From IMG/VR virus record IMGVR_UViG_3300028735_000004, positions 179,942 to 243,941 of that record: DNA of 64,000 nt, one strand, 5' to 3'. Made by a program: the position numbers and the translations under genes. Below the pieces are notes generated by a model, which saw nothing but the letters and a program-made list of their open reading frames with translations, was not told the DNA's origin and searched no databases. This DNA is from a virus. Lineage: Duplodnaviria; Caudoviricetes. Positions 10,709 through 19,869 of the stretch are shown in pieces (the stretch's first letter is position 1; every line of letters starts with the position of its first letter).

Positions 10709-12343
10709 TCAAAAAAGAATTTTGCTTGTCATACTTAATGCGCTTCCAGCATCCTCTATATTCTTTCTGTATAATGGAACACAATTACCATTCTTATCTT
10801 GATAAACTTTATTTATAGGTAATCCTGTATGACCACAGATTGTTTGTGTGCTATGCGCGTGTTTAACTTTCATATTACAAGTATTTTGCGGTTTTTCTTT
10901 TTGATTTAAACAATCAATATAAGTAGCAAACGCTGATTTATAAGCGTTTTCATATGCAAATTTATCCGGAGTATCTTCTGAGGATTTTGCTAAAATAACA
11001 TTAAGAGCATCTTCTGCTTTCTTTAAATTACCTTCGGCCATTGATTTTTCAACAATATCAACTAAAGCCCCAGGGTGTAAGGGATATAATGATGATATCG
11101 ATGATGCCGCTTTATAATCAAACGATAATGAAGTTGATAATCTTGTTAAACCTTCTTTATCAAAAGTTTCAATAGATCCGTTTGATACGATAAATGGAGA
11201 TAATTCAACATTATTTCCACTTATTTTAACAGGAGTAGTAAAAACAACATTATTTGCTTTTACTGTAAAAGAAACATCATCATCTCCTACATCTGATAAT
11301 GACATTTGATAATCTTTTATACCTAATTCATTAAGAGCTGATTTTAGAATTTGAGATGCTTTATTTAAAGCTTGTTTTCCAAATTTAAATTCTGCTATTC
11401 CTGCTTTACTATCAAAATGTTTTGCAAAATTTAATATTTCAGTATCTTCATATTTTGGCAAATCTAAATCTTTTTGTTCTAATTCCGGGATAGAATTATA
11501 AACTACATTATTATCAAATAAACTGCCCGATGTTTCAGCTTGGGCATTTAATTTTGAAACCGCTAAATCAACACCACTAATAGTATCTTCTTCAAGTGAA
11601 GCTAAAGCGTTTAATACTTTTTGTTCATTTACTTTTAATGATGAACCAGCATTAGATAATATATAATTTTTAATACTATCTTCTGTTAGTTCTACCGGAC
11701 CCTCATTTCCTATAAAAACTGAAGGAAATAATGGAGTTTTACCATTCATTTCTACTGGCAATAATACATTAGTTAAACCTTTAGGAGTTTCAAAAGAAGC
11801 TTTGCATAAAATGAAATGATCTTCTTTTCCTCCAACAATCGATACTTCTTTTGGTGATATAAGTAATGAATTTAATGAATTAAAACAAACATCAGCGGCT
11901 TTTTTAGCCGTAATTGATGAATAAGCTTCTTTTTTAACGCCAAATGCTAAATTTAAAGAAGATAATAATACCGGGTCTATTACTTTATCATAAATAGAAT
12001 CTAATGAAGCATCAGCCGAATCATCACTTCTATCATAGATTTTAACTTGATTTTTATTTTCAACTTGACCTAATTCTTCTGCAAATAATTGAGCAAATTT
12101 AGTATTTCTTGAATATAATTTACTATATAAATCTTTAATTTCTGCTCTAGAAATTAGAATTTTATTTGAGTTTAACATCATTTTTTTGGTAATTTCTGAC
12201 ATCATACCAATACAATGATCTTCCGGATACTGTTTTGAAGCTCTGGAGAGTTTTTCAACAAAAAGCGGCAAAGCTATTTTTTCATTATCTTCTATCATTT
12301 TTGATAATGATTCAGCTATTTTTTTAATTTCATTAAAACTCAT
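10709..12343 (-). CDS. Hypothetical protein (head cluster)
   Basis: 544 aa, AGGTGA RBS, C-terminal Cys/His cluster. Confidence 0.7.
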   Translation of the reverse strand: MSFNEIKKIAESLSKMIEDNEKIALPLFVEKLSRASKQYPEDHCIGMMSEITKKMMLNSNKILISRAEIKDLYSKLYSRNTKFAQLFAEELGQVENKNQVKIYDRSDDSADASLDSIYDKVIDPVLLSSLNLAFGVKKEAYSSITAKKAADVCFNSLNSLLISPKEVSIVGGKEDHFILCKASFETPKGLTNVLLPVEMNGKTPLFPSVFIGNEGPVELTEDSIKNYILSNAGSSLKVNEQKVLNALASLEEDTISGVDLAVSKLNAQAETSGSLFDNNVVYNSIPELEQKDLDLPKYEDTEILNFAKHFDSKAGIAEFKFGKQALNKASQILKSALNELGIKDYQMSLSDVGDDDVSFTVKANNVVFTTPVKISGNNVELSPFIVSNGSIETFDKEGLTRLSTSLSFDYKAASSISSLYPLHPGALVDIVEKSMAEGNLKKAEDALNVILAKSSEDTPDKFAYENAYKSAFATYIDCLNQKEKPQNTCNMKVKHAHSTQTICGHTGLPINKVYQDKNGNCVPLYRKNIEDAGSALSMTSKILF

Positions 12344-12353
12344 TTAATCACCT

Positions 12354-12812
12354 TTAAAGTAGCTCCGGATATTTTTTACATATTTCTTGTCTTTTATCTT
12401 CATTTAATTCTTGAAGTAAAGCTTGAACTAATTTTTTATTTTCTGCTAATTTTTTAGGTAAATAAGAAATTGTTTTATTAAGCTCTTCTTTAGAAAGGCC
12501 TAATTTAGAAGAAGCCATTTTTGTTAAAAACTCCCCTTTATAATTAAATACTAAATCCTGTGATATTTTGCTTATACCAACCTGCCAATCAGATGCTTCT
12601 GATTTCTTTTCTTCAGTATCTTGATATAAGGCAACTATGTAATCGCCATCTTCGGCATTTTGAATTTGCCATAATTCTTCAAGATTACCATCTTTAAATC
12701 TAACTACATCAAATGCTACTTTTTCGATACGATCTTGAACATCAGATAATTTATATCTTTTTTTATCAACGGCATCTGATAATGTTTGATAATCTAAAGA
12801 AAATTTGTTCAT
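12354..12812 (-). CDS. Hypothetical protein
   Basis: 152 aa with a GAGG RBS. Confidence 0.65.
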   Translation of the reverse strand: MNKFSLDYQTLSDAVDKKRYKLSDVQDRIEKVAFDVVRFKDGNLEELWQIQNAEDGDYIVALYQDTEEKKSEASDWQVGISKISQDLVFNYKGEFLTKMASSKLGLSKEELNKTISYLPKKLAENKKLVQALLQELNEDKRQEICKKYPELL

Positions 12813-12893
12813 ATAAACCTCAAATATAATTCTTCTAATAAGAAATACAATAATATGTATATATTTTATATATTTAATTTAGTTAGATTTTAA

Positions 12894-13340
12894 TTATAAC
12901 CAGTTTTCATCCCTTAGTTCTGCTATCTTTTTTAAGATTTCTTGAATTTTAGGATCATTTTGAATTAATTTTTGAATTTTTCGTTTTGCGCCACCATAAC
13001 TTCTACGACCGTTCTTATAATCAACATTTCCATTTAAACACTTAGTAATAGAGCTTTGATTAACGCCTAATTTTTTAGCAATCTCTTGTTGAGTATATCC
13101 ATTTGAATATAACTTTAAAACTTCTTTCTGTCTTGTAGTTAATTGTGTCTCAACTATTCTCCAGAACTCCTGTCTTAACTGTTCCTCTAATTCAGATACC
13201 TGTTCGTTATAAGAAAATGGATTTAACCTCTTATATATACTATCCTCATTAGAAAATGCTTCCAACATTTCGTGTGGGCAAGAAGTTTCTACAATTAAAT
13301 GTTGATATTTTTCACTTCTATTTGGGCGACGATCTGACAC
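12894..13340 (-). CDS. Sigma-70 region 4-type HTH protein (phage sigma-like or transcription factor)
   Basis: LTTRQKEVLKLYSNGYTQQEIAKKLGVNQSSITK matches the sigma70_r4/LuxR HTH pattern; AGGAG RBS, GTG start. Confidence 0.75.
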   Translation of the reverse strand: MSDRRPNRSEKYQHLIVETSCPHEMLEAFSNEDSIYKRLNPFSYNEQVSELEEQLRQEFWRIVETQLTTRQKEVLKLYSNGYTQQEIAKKLGVNQSSITKCLNGNVDYKNGRRSYGGAKRKIQKLIQNDPKIQEILKKIAELRDENWL

Positions 13341-13427
13341 ATTAACTCCTAATATATAAAATTATATAATGTTATATATCTGATATAATTTAAAATTGCT
13401 ATAAATTATAGATAAATATAAATTATA

Positions 13428-14186
13428 TTAGGAGATAAAATCCAATTTGCCACCATCTTTTAAAAATTCATCAATATCTTTATAGCCGTCTGGAATAAAT
13501 ATTTGTTTTATATTAAAAATATTTTTATATCTTTTAATAATCTTATCCCTTCCTTTTATCCCAGCAGGATCATTATCTAACATTATTTTTATATTATCGG
13601 TATATCTCAATAAAAGAGCGGCCTGGCTTTCGGTAAATGACGCTGAACCCAAAGCAACTACATTTTTTATACCATAATCAACACAGGTAATACAATCAAA
13701 TTGTCCTTCAACTATAATAGCGCAATTTTCTTTTATTATATCGTATTTATTGTCAAATAAACCAAATAAATGCTTTCCTTTATCAAAGAAAGTATTTTTG
13801 TATTTAGAAATATTTAAATCTTCTCTTTCTGAATCAGATAATAAAGTTCTACCAACCATAGCAATTATTTCACCATATACATCTTTATATGGCATAACCA
13901 AATTGTGGTACTGTAAGATAGGCTGAATTACCTCAAAAGATTGTCCTGCATCAAATATTTTTTTATTATAGACTAACTCTGTATCAAATAAAATTTTATT
14001 ATCGATGATGCCATCTAAAACATTTAAGTTATTTAAATCTGGAAAATATCCTAATTGAAATTTTAATTGAGCTTCTTTAGATATTCTATGATCTACATAA
14101 TCTAAGAATTGTTTGGCTGGCAAAAAATTGTTTAATAAATTAGAGCAAATATTAATAATTTGATCAAATTTCTGAGTTCTTAACAT
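13428..14186 (-). CDS. dnaG: DNA primase catalytic core (TOPRIM), lacking the N-terminal zinc-binding domain
   Basis: GEIIAMVGR, SKYKNT, IIVEGQFD, VVALGS and MLDNDPAG motifs. Confidence 0.88.
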   Translation of the reverse strand: MLRTQKFDQIINICSNLLNNFLPAKQFLDYVDHRISKEAQLKFQLGYFPDLNNLNVLDGIIDNKILFDTELVYNKKIFDAGQSFEVIQPILQYHNLVMPYKDVYGEIIAMVGRTLLSDSEREDLNISKYKNTFFDKGKHLFGLFDNKYDIIKENCAIIVEGQFDCITCVDYGIKNVVALGSASFTESQAALLLRYTDNIKIMLDNDPAGIKGRDKIIKRYKNIFNIKQIFIPDGYKDIDEFLKDGGKLDFIS

Positions 14187-14496
14187 TTTGTTTTAACATA
14201 TTTAAATATATCTTACTTACATTTAAATCTTTTTTACAATATTTACAAACGCACTTATCGTTATCAATAATTGGAGTTCCACTTTTATTACAAGAATTAC
14301 ATTTTATAGCAAAACTTTCTTTAGAAGAACTTTTGATTATTTCTCCCATACTTTTCATTTGTCTTTTTGTAAAGTCAGAAACTCCGGATATTGGATTACC
14401 GCATTCACCACAAATTACTTCATTTGTTTCTGGATTTAATAATGAATTTTGTATTTTAAAACATCCTTTATTTGTACAATTTAATAAAAATGGCAT
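14164..14496 (-). CDS. Small multi-zinc-ribbon protein
   Basis: Four CxxC-type pairs (CTNKGC, CGEC, CNSC, CKYC). Confidence 0.65.
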   Translation of the reverse strand: MPFLLNCTNKGCFKIQNSLLNPETNEVICGECGNPISGVSDFTKRQMKSMGEIIKSSSKESFAIKCNSCNKSGTPIIDNDKCVCKYCKKDLNVSKIYLNMLKQNVKNSEI

Positions 14497-15476
14497 TATT
14501 GTTCCTGTTGTGATAAAAATGTTATTAACTTATTAAGATCAGATGGATATTCTACATTTAATATAAATCTATGACAACCTTTGGTATTCTTTACTCCACA
14601 TCCAGGTATAGTAACTTCATCCTTGTTCTTGACGCCCGCTTTAATTTCTAAAGTTTTTTTACCATAAACTGTATCTACTTCCCTGACGGTTCCTCTTAAA
14701 GCGTCTAATAAATTTATAGATAGTTCTGATACGACATCTTGATTTACCAAAGTCATATTTTTATATGGATCTACTTTTATATTAACAAACAAATCAGTAT
14801 ATGAAGATTGATTAAAGAAATTTGACTTACCTGCAAAATTACCTCCTCCGGCTATCCTTAAAGTAGAATTATCGCTAATTCCAGGAGGAATGTTAATTTT
14901 ACCATTAACATTCATTTCTTGTGTACCAATCCCATCACATTTTTTACATATCTCTTTTTTTACCGATCTACCAAAACATTTATTACAGGTCATAACGGAA
15001 ACCATCCCTCCCATTTGTCTTGTTATTCGACCAAAACCATTACACTCAGTACATCCATTACTTATTAATTTATGACCCTCTCCATTGCAAACTTCACATT
15101 CAACTTCTCTATTATATGAAATATTTTTTTCACATCCTAAAATGGATTCCTGAAAAGAAATTCTTATACTTAAAGAAGGTATTGATACATTTCTTCTAAC
15201 ATCACTATGAAAAAATGGATTTTGATTTCCAAAAAAATCAGAAAAAATATCATTATAATTAATATGCTGATTGTAATCGTGGCTGAATATATTGGGATTT
15301 TTTCTATATTCCTGAACATATTGGTAGGCTTCATTAATTAATTTTAATTTATTTGGATCTTCTTTATAAACATCTGGATGATATTTTTTAACATATTCTT
15401 TATGTTTTTTCTTTAAATCCTCATCTGAAATATCAGCTGATACTCCAAGTATTTTATAAGCTTCATTTATATTCAT
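14496..15476 (-). CDS. dnaJ: DnaJ chaperone (type I)
   Basis: J domain with HPD, four CxxCxGxG repeats and a C-terminal substrate domain. Confidence 0.93.
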   Translation of the reverse strand: MNINEAYKILGVSADISDEDLKKKHKEYVKKYHPDVYKEDPNKLKLINEAYQYVQEYRKNPNIFSHDYNQHINYNDIFSDFFGNQNPFFHSDVRRNVSIPSLSIRISFQESILGCEKNISYNREVECEVCNGEGHKLISNGCTECNGFGRITRQMGGMVSVMTCNKCFGRSVKKEICKKCDGIGTQEMNVNGKINIPPGISDNSTLRIAGGGNFAGKSNFFNQSSYTDLFVNIKVDPYKNMTLVNQDVVSELSINLLDALRGTVREVDTVYGKKTLEIKAGVKNKDEVTIPGCGVKNTKGCHRFILNVEYPSDLNKLITFLSQQEQ

Positions 15477-16003
15477 TTCTTACCCTCAATTAATTTCAAA
15501 GCAAAAGCTAAACCGCACGCTATTCCATCAGCAGTATCATAATTCTCTTCTCGCTCTTTGCCATTTTTATTTAATTCTTTTTTTAAAGTAATTTTTAATC
15601 TTTCTTCAATTATGCTCGGAATTTCTGATTTATCTGGTAATTTTTTAGATAATTTTATTTTATGTCTAATTGATAATACATTTAACATATTAGGGTTTCT
15701 TCCAGTATAATCATAACAATATTGTCCAACAAAACGATTAAATATTGCCAACTGTATTATGGTGTTTGCTGAGCTTTTACCTGGCATATACTTACTAATT
15801 TCTTCAATAGCAATATGATCTGGATTATACTTATCTAATATTTTTGATAAATCTAATCTCATTTTAGATAATCTTTCAAAAACAGAGCCTTTTTTAGAAG
15901 GTTTAAAATAACCATAATCTAACAATTTTATCTTATCATTAATTACTTCTAATACTCCCCAGCCAACTGTTGTTGAAGAAGCATCTATACCTAATATAAT
16001 CAT
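15473..16003 (-). CDS. ruvC: RuvC-like Holliday junction resolvase
   Basis: ILGIDASSTTVGWG, IAIEE and C-terminal DTADGIACG. Confidence 0.85.
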   Translation of the reverse strand: MIILGIDASSTTVGWGVLEVINDKIKLLDYGYFKPSKKGSVFERLSKMRLDLSKILDKYNPDHIAIEEISKYMPGKSSANTIIQLAIFNRFVGQYCYDYTGRNPNMLNVLSIRHKIKLSKKLPDKSEIPSIIEERLKITLKKELNKNGKEREENYDTADGIACGLAFALKLIEGKK

Positions 16004-16010
16004 AATAAGA

Positions 16011-16018
16011 AATATAAC
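16011..16018 (-). promoter_or_regulatory. Putative promoter GTTATATT, 7 nt before the ruvC ATG (near-leaderless)
   Basis: Recurrent motif; no SD between the motif and the ATG. Confidence 0.5.
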
Positions 16019-16037
16019 TTAATATATTTTTTATTAC

Positions 16038-16066
16038 AAAAACAAAAGCCCTCCGATCTGGAGGGC
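16038..16066 (-). terminator. Rho-independent terminator
   Basis: GCCCUCC-AGAUC-GGAGGGC stem-loop followed by UUUUGUUUUU on the minus strand, downstream of SSB. Confidence 0.8.
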
Positions 16067-16103
16067 CTCTGCCTAATTACTATAATAATTATGTAGCGAA
16101 TAT

Positions 16104-16203
16104 TCCGAAAATCTGATCCGCGCAGTTTGTTAGTTATTTATAAGCCGATTATAATTAATATAATCTATAATTGCTAACAACAATTACTTATAAATATTTC
16201 GGA
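16104..16203 (-). ncRNA. Candidate structured ncRNA (multi-helix, pseudoknotted), unknown family
   Basis: Perfect helices at 16104-110/16197-203 (7 bp), 16135-144/16187-196 (10 bp), 16147-153/16159-165 (7 bp) and 16168-173/16181-186 (6 bp). The 7-nt loop 16174-180 is complementary to 16127-133. Strand inferred from operon direction and the downstream terminator. Confidence 0.6.
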
Positions 16204-16209
16204 TTAACC

Positions 16210-16890
16210 TCAAAACGATGATGAAGATGCGTCAAAATCAGCAAATTCATCATCATCTTCAAGAGATGCCGCTGATGAAGCGGTTAAGCCGGAAGATTTT
16301 TCACCTCCTTGTCCGGCTGATTTAGTGGTTAATCTTTCAAGTTTTTCGGCAACTTGAGAGAAAGATGGCGGTACTGTTCTCCTAACTAACTCTTCTGCAT
16401 CAAAAGCATCTTTTAATTGTAATTCTGATGCATTAAGAGGTTTTTTAGGTTTGGCTACTACGGTGTAATATCCAGTAGCACCACCGTTCGGATCTACCAC
16501 TATATCTATATCATAGTTTAGTGGAGACCCCCAATCTTCATCATTAGCATACGCTTGAATACCTTTTAAGACAGCAAAACTGAAATCTAAAATTTTTGAA
16601 GTTCCTGTTTTTTTGTCTATTACGCCAACATACCAGCGTTTTTTAGGTTTATCGCCTTTATCACAAATAGGGCATCCTGTTCCAGATGGAGTTGAACAAG
16701 TAATTCTCTGTCCAAATTTATCTGTTGGATTAACCTTATATTTATGTTGATAGTATTGATGAGGCATCGTTATTAATCTTACTACATTTGAACCTGGGCT
16801 CAATCTTAAAAACGCATCTCTATTATTTTTTTGGCTACTCTCTGTTGCACTATCCCAACTTATTTCGCCTGTTTTTAATCCCATATGCAT
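16210..16890 (-). CDS. Single-stranded DNA-binding protein (gp32-like, Zn motif, acidic tail)
   Basis: FLRLSPGSNVVRLI, C...CPIC, RWYVGVID and an acidic/aromatic tail (EDDDEFADFDASSSSF); lies in the RecA cluster. Confidence 0.7.
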   Translation of the reverse strand: MHMGLKTGEISWDSATESSQKNNRDAFLRLSPGSNVVRLITMPHQYYQHKYKVNPTDKFGQRITCSTPSGTGCPICDKGDKPKKRWYVGVIDKKTGTSKILDFSFAVLKGIQAYANDEDWGSPLNYDIDIVVDPNGGATGYYTVVAKPKKPLNASELQLKDAFDAEELVRRTVPPSFSQVAEKLERLTTKSAGQGGEKSSGLTASSAASLEDDDEFADFDASSSSF

Positions 16891-16927
16891 AACTCCTTGA
16901 GCTTTATTTATAATTTATAATTATTTA

Positions 16928-17203
16928 TTATGATCGTTTAACAAATGATACTAAACGATTTCTTGCGTGATCTGAGGTTCTTCTAAATTGAACTCTAACT
17001 CCTTCTTTACGAAGAGATGATAAAGTACGATTTACAACTCTGCGTAAATGACTTGGTGAGCCAGGCCATCCCGCAGGAACTGAACGACGGAGACCTTTTG
17101 TAATAGCTCTATCTAAATCAGTCATTGTACCTTCCCAAGTACCATTTCTGCGATCTAAAAGTGTTAAAATTCTTGTTTTTACTTCTTGTACTAATGTTTT
17201 CAT
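16928..17203 (-). CDS. Small basic putative DNA-binding protein
   Basis: 91 aa, Arg-rich, WPGSPSHLRRVV; AGGAG RBS. Confidence 0.65.
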   Translation of the reverse strand: MKTLVQEVKTRILTLLDRRNGTWEGTMTDLDRAITKGLRRSVPAGWPGSPSHLRRVVNRTLSSLRKEGVRVQFRRTSDHARNRLVSFVKRS

Positions 17204-17222
17204 TATTTTCTCCTATTATTAT

Positions 17223-17552
17223 TTATTTCGATTTGTAAATCAAATTTTTGATTTTGATTACTCTCACCACAGGTACGAGCACTTCTATATATAACTCTCG
17301 TCCGACATCTTTGACAAGATCTAAATATTTTTTATTTATCTCATCCTCTGTTAAATCACAATAAAATCCCACCACCTTAACAAATGATGCACCTTCGTCT
17401 AAGCGAGTGGCAATAAAATTTCTGTACTTTACTTTAACCGTTGGATCTTCAAAAACTAATAGGTGTAAAGGTACTGTTTGTTTTTGAACATTATTTATTA
17501 ATTTTGATACTGCACTAACTGCTAAATCTTTATCTGACATGTTAAACTCCAA
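17223..17552 (-). CDS. Hypothetical protein
   Basis: 109-aa ORF; probable start at MSDKDL with a GGAG RBS. Confidence 0.65.
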   Translation of the reverse strand: MEFNMSDKDLAVSAVSKLINNVQKQTVPLHLLVFEDPTVKVKYRNFIATRLDEGASFVKVVGFYCDLTEDEINKKYLDLVKDVGRELYIEVLVPVVRVIKIKNLIYKSK

Positions 17553-17558
17553 TTTTAT

Positions 17559-18542
17559 TTAATCTTCTTCACTGTCATTCCAACCTTGAATATCTTCCCT
17601 GCTTTTAACATCTTTGGCGGGATAAACACCATCCGCTGCAACAACGCCTTCTAATTCGTGCAAACTTTCTTCTGCATTAAATAAATGATTTTTCTTAACT
17701 TTACATCTAGTCAAAATACCATATTTATATTTATTCCCATTTTTAACTCTGGTCAAATCTTGTTTTCGAGTTAATTGAACTATAACTGATGATAAATATT
17801 CTAATTGAGATCCTCCTCGTTCAACCATACCTACGCTACCGATGTTCGCATAAGTTTGATTAATTACTAAGGTTCCTATAGTATGTTCTCCAGTTTCTCT
17901 ATTGGCATATTTATTGATTAATTTATTAAATTTCTTAACGGCCCAACCAATTTCTCGAGCATCTACGCCTGGTTGTTTCGAAAAATCTTCATCATCTTCG
18001 TGATTTTCACTTGAATTTATAGAACTTCCTACGCTATCCCAAACGATTAAAATTTTTTGTTTTGGGTATTGTTCTTTTACTGTATTTACTAAATGAGCAA
18101 CTCCTTTAGCACCATCAACTATACTATTCGTATCAACAACTAATAATTGAGATGGATCTCCTCCCATTTTTTCAAATCTAAAATCGGAGAATTTACCTTC
18201 AGCATCCCAAAGCACAACTAACAAGCCTTGTTTTTGAGCATCTACCATAAATTGTAAAGCACAAGAGCTTTTACCACTATCCGGTTTTCCTGATATTTGA
18301 ACAACTTTACCTAAAGGTAGTCCTTTTAAATTAGTTAAATCTTTCCAGAAAGAATTTTTAGACCAAACAACAAAATCTTCATCTGAATTTGGTCTTATAA
18401 TGGAAGACCCGGTATTAAATCTGGCCGCGCCTTTTTCATTTTTGGGATAATTATCTTTTGCTAATTTTACTATTTTATCTAAATCAATCACGATTTTTTT
18501 CTTATCTTCTTTTGCAATTTCTTTATGCATTTTTACTCCCAC
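17559..18542 (-). CDS. recA: RecA/UvsX-like recombinase
   Basis: GLPLGKVVQISGKPDSGKS (Walker A), WDAEGK, LIVWDSVG, LVINQ and GG..L.Y.SS motifs. Confidence 0.9.
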   Translation of the reverse strand: MGVKMHKEIAKEDKKKIVIDLDKIVKLAKDNYPKNEKGAARFNTGSSIIRPNSDEDFVVWSKNSFWKDLTNLKGLPLGKVVQISGKPDSGKSSCALQFMVDAQKQGLLVVLWDAEGKFSDFRFEKMGGDPSQLLVVDTNSIVDGAKGVAHLVNTVKEQYPKQKILIVWDSVGSSINSSENHEDDEDFSKQPGVDAREIGWAVKKFNKLINKYANRETGEHTIGTLVINQTYANIGSVGMVERGGSQLEYLSSVIVQLTRKQDLTRVKNGNKYKYGILTRCKVKKNHLFNAEESLHELEGVVAADGVYPAKDVKSREDIQGWNDSEED

Positions 18543-18955
18543 ATATTTTTGCCTTTAGCTACATTTCTATAAAATAAATGACCATCTTTTATGGTACCTA
18601 ATATATATCCCCATTTTTTCAATGATGATTCCGCCAACGCTGCTTCTTGTTCTGCTTTAATCACATCAGGATCTTTTGCAATCATATGATTTAAAGAAGC
18701 TTCGGTCAATTTAGAACCTGCATTAGCATTCTTATAAAAAAAATATTTCTCCGCTTCAACAACTTCTACATTTCTTCTTGCTTGTTTTGATTTTAACTCA
18801 AAATCGTGTAAAAGATCTGCCAGTTGCATTTGTACGCTAAGGAAGAGAGCAGCGGTTCGTTCAGCTTTTTCCTGATCGTATTTTGCCTCTTGTGCTGATT
18901 CCAATTCTTTTAGACACTTGTGAATTAATTCTTCTAATTCTTGTTCAGTTTTCAT
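18533..18955 (-). CDS. UvsY-like recombination mediator
   Basis: Helical, with KLTEASLNHMIAKDPDV resembling the UvsY core; immediately upstream of recA. Confidence 0.55.
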   Translation of the reverse strand: MKTEQELEELIHKCLKELESAQEAKYDQEKAERTAALFLSVQMQLADLLHDFELKSKQARRNVEVVEAEKYFFYKNANAGSKLTEASLNHMIAKDPDVIKAEQEAALAESSLKKWGYILGTIKDGHLFYRNVAKGKNMWE

Positions 18956-18973
18956 ATATAAACCTCAAGCAAG

Positions 18974-18981
18974 AATATAAC
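18974..18981 (-). promoter_or_regulatory. Putative promoter TGTTATATT (extended -10) with an SD-containing leader
   Basis: TG-T-TATATT followed by a GAGG RBS and ATG. Confidence 0.5.
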
Positions 18982-19012
18982 AGGAGATATAAATAATATT
19001 TTTACTAATAAA

Positions 19013-19306
19013 TTATATTTTATTTAGCAATTTGCGCTCTAAATCATCTACTCTTTTATATAATACTCTCATATGTTGGTGCTGATAAATAGCAACAACG
19101 AACAAAAATACTTCCATACTTATATATTTATGAGAAGGTGGTTTAATAAATATTATTAAACCATCATCATTTGTAATAAATAAATCTTTGAAAAGATCTT
19201 CACCCTTAAAATTTGCACGATCATAATTTTTACAAATATCAAGAAACATCTGATATTCATCTTCAGTCATATCTACTTTTTGATTATTTATTATTTTGAT
19301 AGACAT
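19013..19306 (-). CDS. Hypothetical protein
   Basis: 97-aa ORF in the operon. Confidence 0.65.
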   Translation of the reverse strand: MSIKIINNQKVDMTEDEYQMFLDICKNYDRANFKGEDLFKDLFITNDDGLIIFIKPPSHKYISMEVFLFVVAIYQHQHMRVLYKRVDDLERKLLNKI

Positions 19307-19854
19307 TATTTTTTAAATTTAGGTAAGCTCATATCTCCGGGATGAAACTCTGTAAATAAACTTTCAAGTTCAGATTTATCTACCCGAGCATCATTTATAT
19401 TTAAGAAATCTTCATTCACATGATCTTCTACATTTAAATCTTCAGATTCTTGCTCAGCTATCATTTTAGCTAAAGTTTCCATTTTATCAGGTTTAATTTT
19501 CATTTTATCTAAACCGGCTCTTTTTGCAAATGTAGTTAATTCTTTTTTAACTACTACTGGTTTTACTTTCACCTGAACATCTTCCGAAGTGTCATCTTGT
19601 TCTAACTCTTCTTTTCTGTAAAATTTAGAAACTGGCTCTGCATTACCAATTTTTAAAACTTTAAAATTAGATAATAGCCAACAAGCAAGTCCTTCAGGAT
19701 CGTTTGGCATTTTGCTCATAGCCTCTTTTAATTCCGTAAGTACTTGCCCAGTTTCTTCTGTATAAATTTTATCACCACATCCTGGACATATATTATTTCT
19801 AATTGCCGCTAAATACTGAGGCGGAATTTCTGCATTACAATTCATACATTTCAT
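19306..19854 (-). CDS. Hypothetical protein with an N-terminal zinc ribbon
   Basis: CMNC...CPGCG; GAGG RBS. Confidence 0.7.
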   Translation of the reverse strand: MKCMNCNAEIPPQYLAAIRNNICPGCGDKIYTEETGQVLTELKEAMSKMPNDPEGLACWLLSNFKVLKIGNAEPVSKFYRKEELEQDDTSEDVQVKVKPVVVKKELTTFAKRAGLDKMKIKPDKMETLAKMIAEQESEDLNVEDHVNEDFLNINDARVDKSELESLFTEFHPGDMSLPKFKK

Positions 19855-19869
19855 AAAAACCTCTGATGA

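Noticed and set aside
16135-16156. Resemblance of AAUCGGCUUA to the 3' conserved region of RNase P RNA
   Set aside because: The matching 5' GAGGAAAGUCC element is absent and the RNA is far too short.
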